DNA of 64,000 nt from a bacterium (lineage in GTDB: Bacteria; UBA8248), in the NCBI GenBank assembly GCA_965204535.1, contig CBDBEV010000001.1, positions 1,856,001 through 1,920,000 on the forward strand. The letters run 5' to 3'. A program made the position numbers and the translations under genes. The notes under the pieces were generated by a model, which saw only the letters and a list, made by a program, of their open reading frames with translations, had not been told where the DNA came from and ran no database searches. Positions within the stretch are counted from its first letter, which is position 1, and the number at the start of each line of letters is the position of its first letter. Positions 41,554 through 50,536 of the stretch are shown piece by piece.

Positions 41554-42861
41554 CTACCTTGGTTCGAGGCCGTGTTTTTTCATGTAGGCCTGCAGCCAGA
41601 GCGCGAGGGTTAACGAGACGAACATGAAGAAGATGATCGTCAGGAAGGGAATGAAGTAGCTTTTCGTGTAATCGAACATGAACCCCGCGAATGGCGCGCC
41701 GACGACGCCTCCCAGCCCGTAGCAGATCTCCATGAAGCCGATGATGACGCCGTAGGTACGGCCCCCGAAGCAATCCCCCGCCAGGGCGGAATAGCACGCG
41801 CTCATGGCGCCGATGCCGATTCCGTACACGAGTGCAAAGGCGTAGCCCGGCAGGATACCCCCGCCGAAATGGGGGATGAGGATGAGCAGCGTCAGGCCCG
41901 CCGCCACCACCACGGCGGCGAGCGCCACGCCGCGCCCGCGCCCGATGAGGTCGCCCACCCATCCGCCGCCGATGCTGCCGAACGTCCGGATGAAGCCGAC
42001 GGAGCCGAAGATGAGGGCCGCAAGGGCGGTGCCGTATCCCACGTCGACGAGATAGAGCTGCAACTGGCTCATGATGGTGTTGTTGTTGAGCCCGATGGCG
42101 AAGACCATCAGGATGAGGCACCAAAACCGGATGTCGCGCCTCACGGCCGAGAAGACCTCCCACACGCCCTTACCCTCGCCGCCGTGGCCGACGCCGGCTC
42201 TCGTCAGCTCCTCGGGGGTGCGCGGCGGGCCGCCGTCCGGCCCCTGCCCGACGTCTTCCGGCACGTCGCGCAGCAGGAGAAAGCTCGCGGGAGAGACGAC
42301 GCACAGAATGATCAGGCCGAAGATCACATACGTGTAGCGCCAGCCGACGGACGCGATGAGCCGCTCGATGAGGGGCGCTAGGACGAGGATGCCGATTCCG
42401 ATGCCCGATAGCGCGATTCCCGTGGCGCGGCCTCTTTTCTTCACGAACCAGCGGGGCATGATGGCGCTGTGCGTGGAGAAGCCGCTCAGCGAGAGGCCGT
42501 AGCCGGCGAAGAGCCCGAACAGGATGTAGAGGTGCCACAGCGAGGAGACGAAGTAGCACGAGATGAACGTGAGGCCCAGTATCACCGAACCCCACGGCAT
42601 GATGGCGCGCGGGCCTTTTTTCTCAAGTAACGAGCCAGCAAACGGCGCGCCCAAGGCGTAGGTGGCCATCGAGAGCGAGAACGCCCCGCTCAGGAGACCC
42701 CGGCTCCAGCCGAATTCCTCAAGCAGGGGAACCTGGAAGATACCGAAGGAAAACCGCGTGACGACGTGGAAGCCCAGCGTGAAGAAAGACAGCCAGACGA
42801 TGAGCCAGCCGTAGTAGAATTTCGGTTTTTTGGCGGGGCCGCTTTGCGGGAACGTAGTCAT
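41554..42861 (-). CDS. MFS transporter
   Basis: YYGWLIV, EFGWSRG, RWFVKKRGRATG; about 12 hydrophobic segments. Confidence 0.92.
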   Translation of the reverse strand: MTTFPQSGPAKKPKFYYGWLIVWLSFFTLGFHVVTRFSFGIFQVPLLEEFGWSRGLLSGAFSLSMATYALGAPFAGSLLEKKGPRAIMPWGSVILGLTFISCYFVSSLWHLYILFGLFAGYGLSLSGFSTHSAIMPRWFVKKRGRATGIALSGIGIGILVLAPLIERLIASVGWRYTYVIFGLIILCVVSPASFLLLRDVPEDVGQGPDGGPPRTPEELTRAGVGHGGEGKGVWEVFSAVRRDIRFWCLILMVFAIGLNNNTIMSQLQLYLVDVGYGTALAALIFGSVGFIRTFGSIGGGWVGDLIGRGRGVALAAVVVAAGLTLLILIPHFGGGILPGYAFALVYGIGIGAMSACYSALAGDCFGGRTYGVIIGFMEICYGLGGVVGAPFAGFMFDYTKSYFIPFLTIIFFMFVSLTLALWLQAYMKKHGLEPR

Positions 42862-42937
42862 TCGCTTCCTTGTTCAGGTGAGCCACGGAATTTCAGGGGA
42901 GTATACACACAGCCCCCGCTTCGGGAGAAGCGAGAAC

Positions 42938-43840
42938 TCAATTTTCCCAAAAACAGGTCGCCGTCTGAAGGTGGATGTCCACCGTGTCCGCAGGATTGAG
43001 GGCGTATCCGCCGCCCAGGGTGCCCGCGACGGGAATCCCGCGCGCCCGGCATTCTCCCAGAACGTACGCATCGCGCCGCCTCAAGCCCTCCTTCGAGAGC
43101 TTGAGCGTTCCGAGCTGATCCCCCGAATACGGGTCCGCCCCCGCCTGGTACATCACCAGGTCGGGCCTGTGCTCATCGAGAATCTTCGGGATGTGTTTTT
43201 CGAGATGCGGGAGGTATTCCTCTTCCGTCGCGAGATCGTAGAGGCCGACGTCCAAATCGCTTCTCTTCTTTTGCGGATAGATGTTCTCCTGGTGGATGGA
43301 AAAGGTGAACACCGCCTCCTCGCGGCGGAAGATGACGGCGGTGCCGTTTCCCTGGTGCAGGTCGCAGTCGATCACGGCCGCCCTTTGGATGGCGCCCTCT
43401 TTTATCAAGACCCGCACGGCGACCGCCAAATCGTTGATATAGCAGAAACCTTCCGCCTGATCGGCGAAGGCGTGGTGGAAGCCCCCGGTCAGGTTGATGG
43501 CGCGGCCTCTTGCGAGCGCCTCGCGCGCGGCGAGGATCGTGCCGCCCGTCGCGAGAAAGCTCGTGTCCACAATCTGCTTGCTGATGGGGAGCTCGCTCGG
43601 CGCCGTGCGCGCGGTGTGAACGCCCGAGCGCAGGTCCGCCAGATACTCCTGCGTATGGACGAGGGCCAGTTCTTCTTCCGTCGCGGTGGAGGGCGCCAGA
43701 AAGGCGCTATCGGGCAGCCCTGCCTCCTTCAGTCTGGCGTGGGTTTTCTGGTATTTCTCGGCTTGCAGGACGTGCTGGCCGATGTAGGCGTAATAACCTT
43801 CGTGAAAGATGAAAACGCAGTGCTTAGGCGGCGCTCTCAT
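42938..43840 (-). CDS. Histone deacetylase family amidohydrolase
   Basis: GGFHHA, GFCYIND, IDCDLHQGNGT, YQAGAD, GGGY. Confidence 0.92.
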   Translation of the reverse strand: MRAPPKHCVFIFHEGYYAYIGQHVLQAEKYQKTHARLKEAGLPDSAFLAPSTATEEELALVHTQEYLADLRSGVHTARTAPSELPISKQIVDTSFLATGGTILAAREALARGRAINLTGGFHHAFADQAEGFCYINDLAVAVRVLIKEGAIQRAAVIDCDLHQGNGTAVIFRREEAVFTFSIHQENIYPQKKRSDLDVGLYDLATEEEYLPHLEKHIPKILDEHRPDLVMYQAGADPYSGDQLGTLKLSKEGLRRRDAYVLGECRARGIPVAGTLGGGYALNPADTVDIHLQTATCFWEN

Positions 43841-43848
43841 CGCGGAGG

Positions 43849-45048
43849 CTAGATGACGCCCTTGTCTCTTAAGCCGGCGATGGCCGAGGCGTCGTAGCCG
43901 ATTCCTTCCAGCACCTCGTCGGTGTGCTTGCCCATCGGAGGCCCGGCCCAGCGGATGGTGCCCGGCGAGCCGTTCAGCCTCGGGATCACGTTTTGCATCT
44001 TGATGGGGCCTAATTCCTCATCCTCCACGGTGGTGATGGTCTCGCGCGCCTGCACATGGGGGTCGGCCATGAACTGGGCCACGTCGTAGATGGGACCCAG
44101 GGCGCATTCGTGTTTTTCGAAATGGGCAATCGTCTCATCGAGCGTGTGCTCGCCTATCCACGCCTGGATGGCGCCGTCGAGCTCGGCCATGTTCGCCACC
44201 CGGCCCGCCTGGGTGACCATTCTCGGGTCATCGCCCAGGTCCTCGCGCCCCACGGCGCGCATGACGCGCTTGAAGATGTTCTCCGCACTCGCGGATATCA
44301 CGACGTAGCGCCCGTCCTTGCAGCGGTAGGCGTTCCTGGGCGCGGCGAAGGGAATCGCGTTTCCGGTGCGCATCTGGACGTAGCCGAGCTGGTCGTATTC
44401 GAGGGGCTGGGGGCCGAGCACCATGGTGATGGGCTCGTAGATGGCGATGTCGATCTCCTGCCCGGGCGCGTCGTGCACGTCGCGGTGGTAGAGCGCCATC
44501 ATCACGGCGTATGTGCCGCAAAGCGCGCTGATGCCGTCGGCCAGGGCGAAGGGTGGCAGCGTGGGCGGCCCGTCGGGAAAGCCTGTGATGTGCGCGAAGC
44601 CGCTCATGGCTTCCGCCAGCGTGCCGAAGCCGGGCCTTTGCGCGTAGGGGCCCTTCTGCCCGAAGCCGCTCGTCCGCGCGAGGATGAGCTTGGGGTTCAG
44701 GGCGTGGAGGCTCTCCCAGGAGAAGCCCCATCGCTCCATCGTGCCGGGGCGGAAGTTCTCCACCAGAACGTCCGCGCTCTCGCACAGCTTGCGGAGGATC
44801 TCCTGGCCCTCGGGCGAGGAGATGTTGCAGGTGATGGATTTCTTGTTGCGGCTCGCGAGTTTCCACCACAAAGAGACGCCGTCTTTCTGGGAGGCGAAGT
44901 TTCTCAGGGAATCGCCGCGCGGGTGCTCGATCTTGATCACCTCGGCCCCGAAATCCGCCATGTAAGTGGCTATCCAGGGGCCGGCGAACAGGGTCCCGAT
45001 GTCGATGACACGGACGCCCTCGAGCGGCATTTTCTTGTGTTCGTTCAT
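43849..45048 (-). CDS. CaiB/BaiF family III CoA transferase
   Basis: PLEGVRVID, ADFGAEVIKIE, RNKKS, ENFRPG. Confidence 0.92.
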   Translation of the reverse strand: MNEHKKMPLEGVRVIDIGTLFAGPWIATYMADFGAEVIKIEHPRGDSLRNFASQKDGVSLWWKLASRNKKSITCNISSPEGQEILRKLCESADVLVENFRPGTMERWGFSWESLHALNPKLILARTSGFGQKGPYAQRPGFGTLAEAMSGFAHITGFPDGPPTLPPFALADGISALCGTYAVMMALYHRDVHDAPGQEIDIAIYEPITMVLGPQPLEYDQLGYVQMRTGNAIPFAAPRNAYRCKDGRYVVISASAENIFKRVMRAVGREDLGDDPRMVTQAGRVANMAELDGAIQAWIGEHTLDETIAHFEKHECALGPIYDVAQFMADPHVQARETITTVEDEELGPIKMQNVIPRLNGSPGTIRWAGPPMGKHTDEVLEGIGYDASAIAGLRDKGVI

Positions 45049-45263
45049 GGAACCGGCGCTTCCTCGGGTTCAGGGGCCGACGCCTCACGGCCCGGGACAA
45101 GTTCAAAGAATTACGTTTCGCGGGACGCCCCGATGGTAGCAGAGGGCGAATGCCCCGGCAACGATTTGCGGAGTTTCCGCCGCCCCGGCCTCCGCGTCCT
45201 GCGAGCCGGGGCCCTCGCCCGGCGAGTGGGTCGATTCAATCCCCCACCCATATCCTGAGCAGC

Positions 45264-45400
45264 CCTCATCCTGACCGGCGCGAACTTCCCCTCCCCTCAA
45301 CCTGAGTAGCGGCGAAGCCGCGTATCGAAGGGCGCATATCATGGAGGTCGAGGAGGGACATCCTTCGATACGGCGCATTCGCGCCTGCTCAGGATGAGGA
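45264..45400. repeat. Palindromic intergenic repeat (CCTCA.CCTGAG...CGAAGG / CCTTCGA...CTCAGGATGAGG type)
   Basis: Inverted arms at ~45295-45332 and ~45362-45399; partial copy at 564-596. Confidence 0.65.
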
Positions 45401-45466
45401 GAGCAGGCCTGCGCGTAATGGGGCTGTTGAAAAAGTCCGAGGAGAGAGGAATCACTCCCCCCTTGA

Positions 45467-46983
45467 GGGGGCTGTTGAAAAACCCTGTTTTGAAGCAGGG
45501 GGTATGGCGGCTCACGCGGCTTGGGAGAGGAAGCCCAATCGGCGCGTGAGGCCGCGAGGAACGCGCAGACGGCGTCTCCGGGCGGCCCAGGCCCTCCACA
45601 GAGCGAATATACCCGCCGCAAAAGCGGCGGCCAGCCGCTTGAGGTTCACCGCAGTCGCCGTCAGGTAGGCCTGGATCTTCACGTTCGCAAGACCCCGGCG
45701 TACCGCCCGCGCCAGTCCGTGCCGACTCTTCGCCTCGCCGTGGTAGCCCTCCGAACGCGACATGTGGCGGCGCCACAGCCGGCCCTCCTCCTCCCCCCGG
45801 CGCGCGTGGCGACGGCGCGCGCGCAACAGCGCCGGATACTCGTGCGGAATCAGAACCGCCCTGCTCGTGCGAGACGCCGACAGACAATCGGCCTTGAGCG
45901 CGCACCCCGCGCAATCGCGGGTCCTCGATACATACCAGCGCCCCCGCTCCGTCTCCTTCCGGGGACGCAGCGTCTTGCCACCCGGACACTTCACCACCTT
46001 GTGCCGCTCGTCGTAGCGGAACAGTTGCAGCGGAACACGGCTCTGGGAAGGCTCCTTCTTCGCCGGAATCACCGCGTCCACACCCCGACGCTCCAATGCG
46101 CCGTACACCTTCGAATACGCATAGCCACTATCCGCCGTCACCACCGCGGGCGCGCGCCCCGTGAGTTCGCAAACCGCGTCCAACTGCGGCTCCATCATCT
46201 CCCGCTCGTTCAACGTCCCCTCCGTCACCTCTACGTCGAGAACCACCCCACGCTCATCGTCCACCACCGCGTGGTGCTTGTAGCTCGGCTCGAACCCCGC
46301 CCGAGCGCTCTTGCGCGCCAGGCGAGCGTCGGGGTCCGTTCGGCTCACCGGACCCGAACCCCCGCCGCCGCCCTTCTTCCCCGTCTCATCCTCCGAGTCG
46401 TTCTCCCGCACCACCTTCTCCGCGTGGCGCTCCGCCAGACTCTCCCAGCTCACGTCCGCGCGTATCAAAGACGCGTCCATGTGAACCACTTCTCCCTTCG
46501 CCACCTTCGCCTCCACGCAAGACTGAACCGTGCGCCGAAATATCTCCTTGAACCGCTCCTCCCCCCAGCGCTGACGGATACGCGTCAGGCTCGAATGATC
46601 CGGCAAATCCTCGTCCAGCCTGTACCCGATGAACCACCGGATCGCCAGGTGCGCCTGCGCCTCGCGCAGCAGGCGGCGGTCCTCCGCGTAGCCCAGCAGC
46701 AGGCCCGCCAGCATCAACCGGATCACCACTTCCGGGTCGATCCCCGGTCGACCGTTGTCCGCGCAATAGCACGCCGCCACTTCCTCGCGAAGCCAACTCA
46801 AATCCAGTACGCGGTCCACCTGGCGCAATATGTGATCTTCGGGAATCAACTTCTCCAGCGGGCCGGCCACGAACAAGTCCATCTGCCCGCGCCTCTTGCG
46901 GTCCAACATCGGGGAATCTCCCATCTCGGGCGAGGGGGGATACATCCATACGATCATAAAACCAGGGGTTTTTCAACAGGCCC
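45467..46983 (-). mobile_element. IS1182-family insertion sequence
   Basis: Terminal IRs GGCTGTTGAAAAACCCTG / CAGGGGTTTTTCAACAGGCC; TTGA duplicated at 45463-45466 and 46984-46987. Confidence 0.85.
45512..46909 (-). CDS. IS1182-family DDE transposase
   Basis: IPEDHIL, GRPGIDPEV, PDHSSLTRIR, MDAS, SRTDPDA, ADSGY, CPGGK..C..C.LK..C, AVNLKRL. Confidence 0.9.
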   Translation of the reverse strand: MLDRKRRGQMDLFVAGPLEKLIPEDHILRQVDRVLDLSWLREEVAACYCADNGRPGIDPEVVIRLMLAGLLLGYAEDRRLLREAQAHLAIRWFIGYRLDEDLPDHSSLTRIRQRWGEERFKEIFRRTVQSCVEAKVAKGEVVHMDASLIRADVSWESLAERHAEKVVRENDSEDETGKKGGGGGSGPVSRTDPDARLARKSARAGFEPSYKHHAVVDDERGVVLDVEVTEGTLNEREMMEPQLDAVCELTGRAPAVVTADSGYAYSKVYGALERRGVDAVIPAKKEPSQSRVPLQLFRYDERHKVVKCPGGKTLRPRKETERGRWYVSRTRDCAGCALKADCLSASRTSRAVLIPHEYPALLRARRRHARRGEEEGRLWRRHMSRSEGYHGEAKSRHGLARAVRRGLANVKIQAYLTATAVNLKRLAAAFAAGIFALWRAWAARRRRLRVPRGLTRRLGFLSQAA

Positions 46984-47526
46984 TTGAGGGGGAGTCGAAG
47001 AGCTGAGGGCGTAAGCCCGAAAGCGATTCGGTGGGGGGTATAATTCGGAATGGCGATAAAACGCATTTTACCCCCCACCGATTCAGCCTTCGCACAAACC
47101 GCTCGGCTTCACCGACTCCCCCTCAAGGGGGGAGTGAAATGCAAAACTTGCGCTCAACCAAAATCGCTCCACGGGACTTTTTCAACAGGCCCGACAAGGG
47201 GGGGTAGGGGGGGTTGCTTTTATGGGATTTCCCTTTCAAGGGGGTTGCCATTACCCTCTCAGGGGGTTTTTCAACAAACCCCTCAAGGGGGGAGGGAAGT
47301 TTCCTGCCTCCCCAGTCGGCTCCACTCACCGAATCACGAATTGGGGACTTTTTCAACAACCCCGCAATGAGGGGATTCAGGGGCTACGTACGGAAACCGC
47401 CGGACCCCTGGATGCGCGCGACATCCGCGATCCCTGCCCCGCAATGGACTTGGGCTCCCGATATTGGGATAATCAGAGCAGTAGAGACGCCCGTCTTTCG
47501 GGCCTGGCCGCATTCGGAGGTATCGC

Positions 47527-48648
47527 ATGAAGTCTTTTCTCATCGCCGCACTGTTCACATTGCTGTTCCTGGCTCCCGCGCATCTTGGCGCGCCCGCGCG
47601 CACCCCGGATGGCCTGGTTCTGGTGACCCAGGACGCCGAGGCGAGGCGCTTCGGCGGGTTCCGCTCCTTCGGGTTCCGCGGCTCGCGCGGGTTCGGCAGT
47701 TTCGGGCGCAGGGGCTTCTCGAGGCGCTCGTTCGGCTCGCGCTCCCGGGCGCGCAGCTTCTCGCGAAGGCCGCTCCAGAGATCCTCGTTCCTGGGCGGTG
47801 GTTTGGGGTCCGGATTATTCGCGGGCATCGGCGGGTTTTTGCTCGGCGGTATGCTGGGGCGGATGCTCTTCGGCGGCATGGGCGGCATGGGCGGCATGGG
47901 AATGGGGGGAGGTTTCGGGCTGCTGGAAATTCTCCTGATCGGCGGGGTCATCTTCTTCGTCTTCCGGATGATGCGCAACCGCGCCTCCGCCTCCTACCAG
48001 GAGCCCCGCTATTCGGGGGACCGCTACGCCGAGGCCGACCCCTACGGCGTGGGGGGTTACGAGGAGGAGCCGCGCGGGGGGTACGAAGCGCCCGGCAGGC
48101 ACGAGAGGTCGGGCGGCGTGTACCGCGGCCCCGACATCGGCGCCGCCGGCGGCGCAACCCGCTCGGCGGGAGGCCATAGCGCAGGCCCGCGCCGTGATTC
48201 GGCGAGCGATGCGGCGCTCAAGAGTATGAGTGAGAACGACGCATCTTTCTCGGAACAAGCCTTCGTCGGTCTGGCGAAGGAGAACTTCATCCGCTTCCAG
48301 AACGCCTGGACGGCGCGTGATCTCTCCCCCGTACGCGACCTGATGGACAAGGAGATTTACGGGGAAGTCCAGCGCGACGTCGAAGGCTTGAAGAGCGAGG
48401 GGAAGATCAACAAGCTCGACGACGTGGAGGTTCAGAAAGCCGAGATCGTCGAGGCCTGGAACGAGGAGGGCTTCGAATTCATCACCGTGCGCTACGAGGC
48501 GAGCCTTTGCGACTACGTGGTGGACGAGAGAAGCGGGGATCTGGTCGAGGGCAGCCGCACGCAGCGCGTGAGTTTCGCCGAACACTGGACGTGGGCGCGG
48601 CCCGAGGGGCCGAACCAGTGGTTCCTCTCCGCCATCGAGCAGGCGTGA
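47527..48648 (+). CDS. Tim44-like domain protein with R/G/F/S-rich and Gly-rich N-terminus
   Basis: RBS GGAGG; signal peptide; C-terminal F.R.QNAW..RDL, ITVRY, FAEHWTW.R, WFLSAIEQ. Confidence 0.85.
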   Translation: MKSFLIAALFTLLFLAPAHLGAPARTPDGLVLVTQDAEARRFGGFRSFGFRGSRGFGSFGRRGFSRRSFGSRSRARSFSRRPLQRSSFLGGGLGSGLFAGIGGFLLGGMLGRMLFGGMGGMGGMGMGGGFGLLEILLIGGVIFFVFRMMRNRASASYQEPRYSGDRYAEADPYGVGGYEEEPRGGYEAPGRHERSGGVYRGPDIGAAGGATRSAGGHSAGPRRDSASDAALKSMSENDASFSEQAFVGLAKENFIRFQNAWTARDLSPVRDLMDKEIYGEVQRDVEGLKSEGKINKLDDVEVQKAEIVEAWNEEGFEFITVRYEASLCDYVVDERSGDLVEGSRTQRVSFAEHWTWARPEGPNQWFLSAIEQA

Positions 48649-48661
48649 AGCCTAGAAAATC

Positions 48662-49030
48662 CTACGGAGCAGAAATCTTATCCGAATCGGGAGCCGGTTC
48701 CTCGGCTTTTTCCTCGCCATAGCGTCTGCCGCCTTCCAGGTCCTTGAGCGACCACCAGAAATAGATGATGGCGCCCAGAATCGCCGCCATGACGAGGGCG
48801 AAGCCCACGAGGAAATAAGGGGGCAGTAGCGAGCGGTAGGTGGCGGGCGGAGCGTTCGCGCCCGGTGCGGCTCCGGGCGCTTTCGTTGCGGGCGGGGCCA
48901 CCCGCGCCTGCGTGATGGCCTGTTCGGCCTGAAACGCCGTGTAGCCCCAGTAAATCATCCCGCCCAGGAGCGCGAGAATCACGACGGTGCATACGGGCCA
49001 TTTGAGGCCTGTTTTTTTCGCCTCGCTCAA
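48662..49030 (-). CDS. Hypothetical two-TM membrane protein
   Basis: Two hydrophobic helices; overlaps the upstream LLM stop (ATTGA). Confidence 0.6.
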   Translation of the reverse strand: MSEAKKTGLKWPVCTVVILALLGGMIYWGYTAFQAEQAITQARVAPPATKAPGAAPGANAPPATYRSLLPPYFLVGFALVMAAILGAIIYFWWSLKDLEGGRRYGEEKAEEPAPDSDKISAP

Positions 49031-49977
49031 TCTCTCACCTCCGGGATCACCTCTTCCGCCAATAGCGCCATCTGATCCATCTCCTCATCCGCGGGACCCG
49101 CGTGCTTGAAGATGAAATGCCTTGCGCCCGCTTCCTGAAATTCCGCTATCTGCTCCAGGCAGCGCTCGCGCGGCCCATAGAATAAATACTTTTGGGCGAT
49201 ACCGTCAAAATCCATGTTGTAGCGTCTCGACAGATTCCGGATGCCCTCGCGCAGGGCGTGCTCCGCGTCCTCATGAACGTATATGAACGCATGGTGCGCC
49301 GGCGTCCACCCGCCTCCTTCGATGTCGAGGGGCTTCCCCGCTTCTTCCGCCCACCCCTTCATGTCTTCCAGCCCCTTGGCGAAGCGCGGAGCCGAGAACA
49401 TGTAGGAGACATAGCCCTCGCCCATGAGCGCGGCTCTTCTGCGGGCGGCGTCGCTGCGGCCTCCCACCCAGATGGGCGGCCCGCCGGGCGTGAGCGGGGC
49501 GGGCGTCTGGCGCGCGTCGGCAAAGCGCCAGAAGCGCCCCTCGTGGCTCACCGCCTCGCCGCTCCAGAGCTTTCGCACGATTTCGATGGACTCGTTCGTT
49601 CTCGCGCCGCGCTCCTTGACGTTCACGCCGCAAAGCTCGAACTCGGTTTTTCCCTCGCCCCCCACGCCGACGCCGAAGATGAAGCGCCCCCCGCCCGTCA
49701 GGTAGTCCACCGTGGCCGCGGTCTTGGCGGCGATGGCGGGACGTCTCAGCGGCAGGAGATATACGCCCACTCCCAGCGTGATGCGGCTGGTGCGGGCCGC
49801 GAAGGCGGCCAGCGTGGTGAGGCTCTCGGTGTAGTGGCCGTAAAAGGAGATGTGATCCCCAATCCACAAGGCGTCATAACCGAGCGTTTCGGCGGATTCC
49901 GCGAACGCATACATTTCCTCGGGCGTGAAGATGCGCTCGGGGTGCATGGTGAAACTGACGCCGAATTTTGTTTTCAT
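49027..49977 (-). CDS. LLM class flavin-dependent oxidoreductase
   Basis: GYDALWIGDH, AARTSRITLG, GRFIFGVGVG, PPIWVGG. Confidence 0.9.
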   Translation of the reverse strand: MKTKFGVSFTMHPERIFTPEEMYAFAESAETLGYDALWIGDHISFYGHYTESLTTLAAFAARTSRITLGVGVYLLPLRRPAIAAKTAATVDYLTGGGRFIFGVGVGGEGKTEFELCGVNVKERGARTNESIEIVRKLWSGEAVSHEGRFWRFADARQTPAPLTPGGPPIWVGGRSDAARRRAALMGEGYVSYMFSAPRFAKGLEDMKGWAEEAGKPLDIEGGGWTPAHHAFIYVHEDAEHALREGIRNLSRRYNMDFDGIAQKYLFYGPRERCLEQIAEFQEAGARHFIFKHAGPADEEMDQMALLAEEVIPEVRD

Positions 49978-50074
49978 CTTTCATTCCTTTGTTTTATCTC
50001 TTAGTCGCGGATCCACGGGTAATGGCGAGGAAACTAGAGCACGCGATCGCTCAGGTCAACTCGCGCCCCGAAAC

Positions 50075-50276
50075 GGGGCTGTTGAAAAAGTCCTGATGAG
50101 GGAGGGGTTTGTTCCGTAGGGGCCGTTCGCGAACGGCCCTTGCCAGAGAAACGGGCGCTTCACGAAGCGCCCCTACGACACCCTTCCGGAGAGATCGCAA
50201 CCCCCGCCATTCCGGCGAAAGCCAGAATGACGGGGGTGGTCAATTCCGATCGGGGATGACTTTTTCAACAAACCCC
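50075..50276. mobile_element. ~200-bp MITE-like element with IS1182-type ends
   Basis: GGGGCTGTTGAAAAAGTC ... GACTTTTTCAACAAACCCC; contains a GTAG REP-like doublet (50116-50176) and a CATTCCGGCGAAAGCCAGAATG hairpin. Confidence 0.7.
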
Positions 50277-50536
50277 TCAAGGGGAAGCGGATATGGAATT
50301 CTCCTGGATGGGGAGCGATCCTGGCGGGGGCGGCTCACCGGGTATTCAGCAGCTCCTTCGGGAGACTGCTTCGCCCTGTCGTCAGATGGTTTGACCCGAT
50401 ACCCTGAACCTGCTCTAATGAATCCAATCGTAAAATTTGGGGAGCAGCGTAACCGCGTCGGAAAAACTCGCAGCGAACGAGTTCTCGTCAGACTTGTTCT
50501 TGGAAAATCCGTTTCACCGTAAAAGGAGAGGCAAAT

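Larger units (their letters stand above)
39456..41609. mobile_element. Integrated ~2.1 kb islet carrying an AbiE-type TA pair
   Basis: Bounded by 56-bp direct repeats; visibly more AT-rich than the flanks; no integrase inside. Confidence 0.7.
45420..47363. mobile_element. Nested composite of IS1182-end MITE-like elements and palindromic repeats
   Basis: GGGGCTGTTGAAAAAGTCC at 45420; inverted ends at 47174-47192, 47263-47281 and 47345-47363. Confidence 0.65.

Noticed and set aside
45170-45250. tRNA-like sequence before the repeat cluster
   Set aside because: No consistent cloverleaf, T-loop or acceptor stem could be built.
46984-47363. CRISPR array suggested by recurring TTTTTCAACA motifs
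   Set aside because: Irregular spacing, degenerate copies matching the IS ends, and no cas genes.
50300-50430. Possible TPP-like riboswitch upstream of the ABC operon (ATACCCTGAACCTG, UUCG hairpin)
   Set aside because: Lacks the CTGAGA and TAATG...CGTAGG elements; better explained as a TTGACC-17-TCTAAT promoter plus a GC hairpin. An Rfam scan would settle it.
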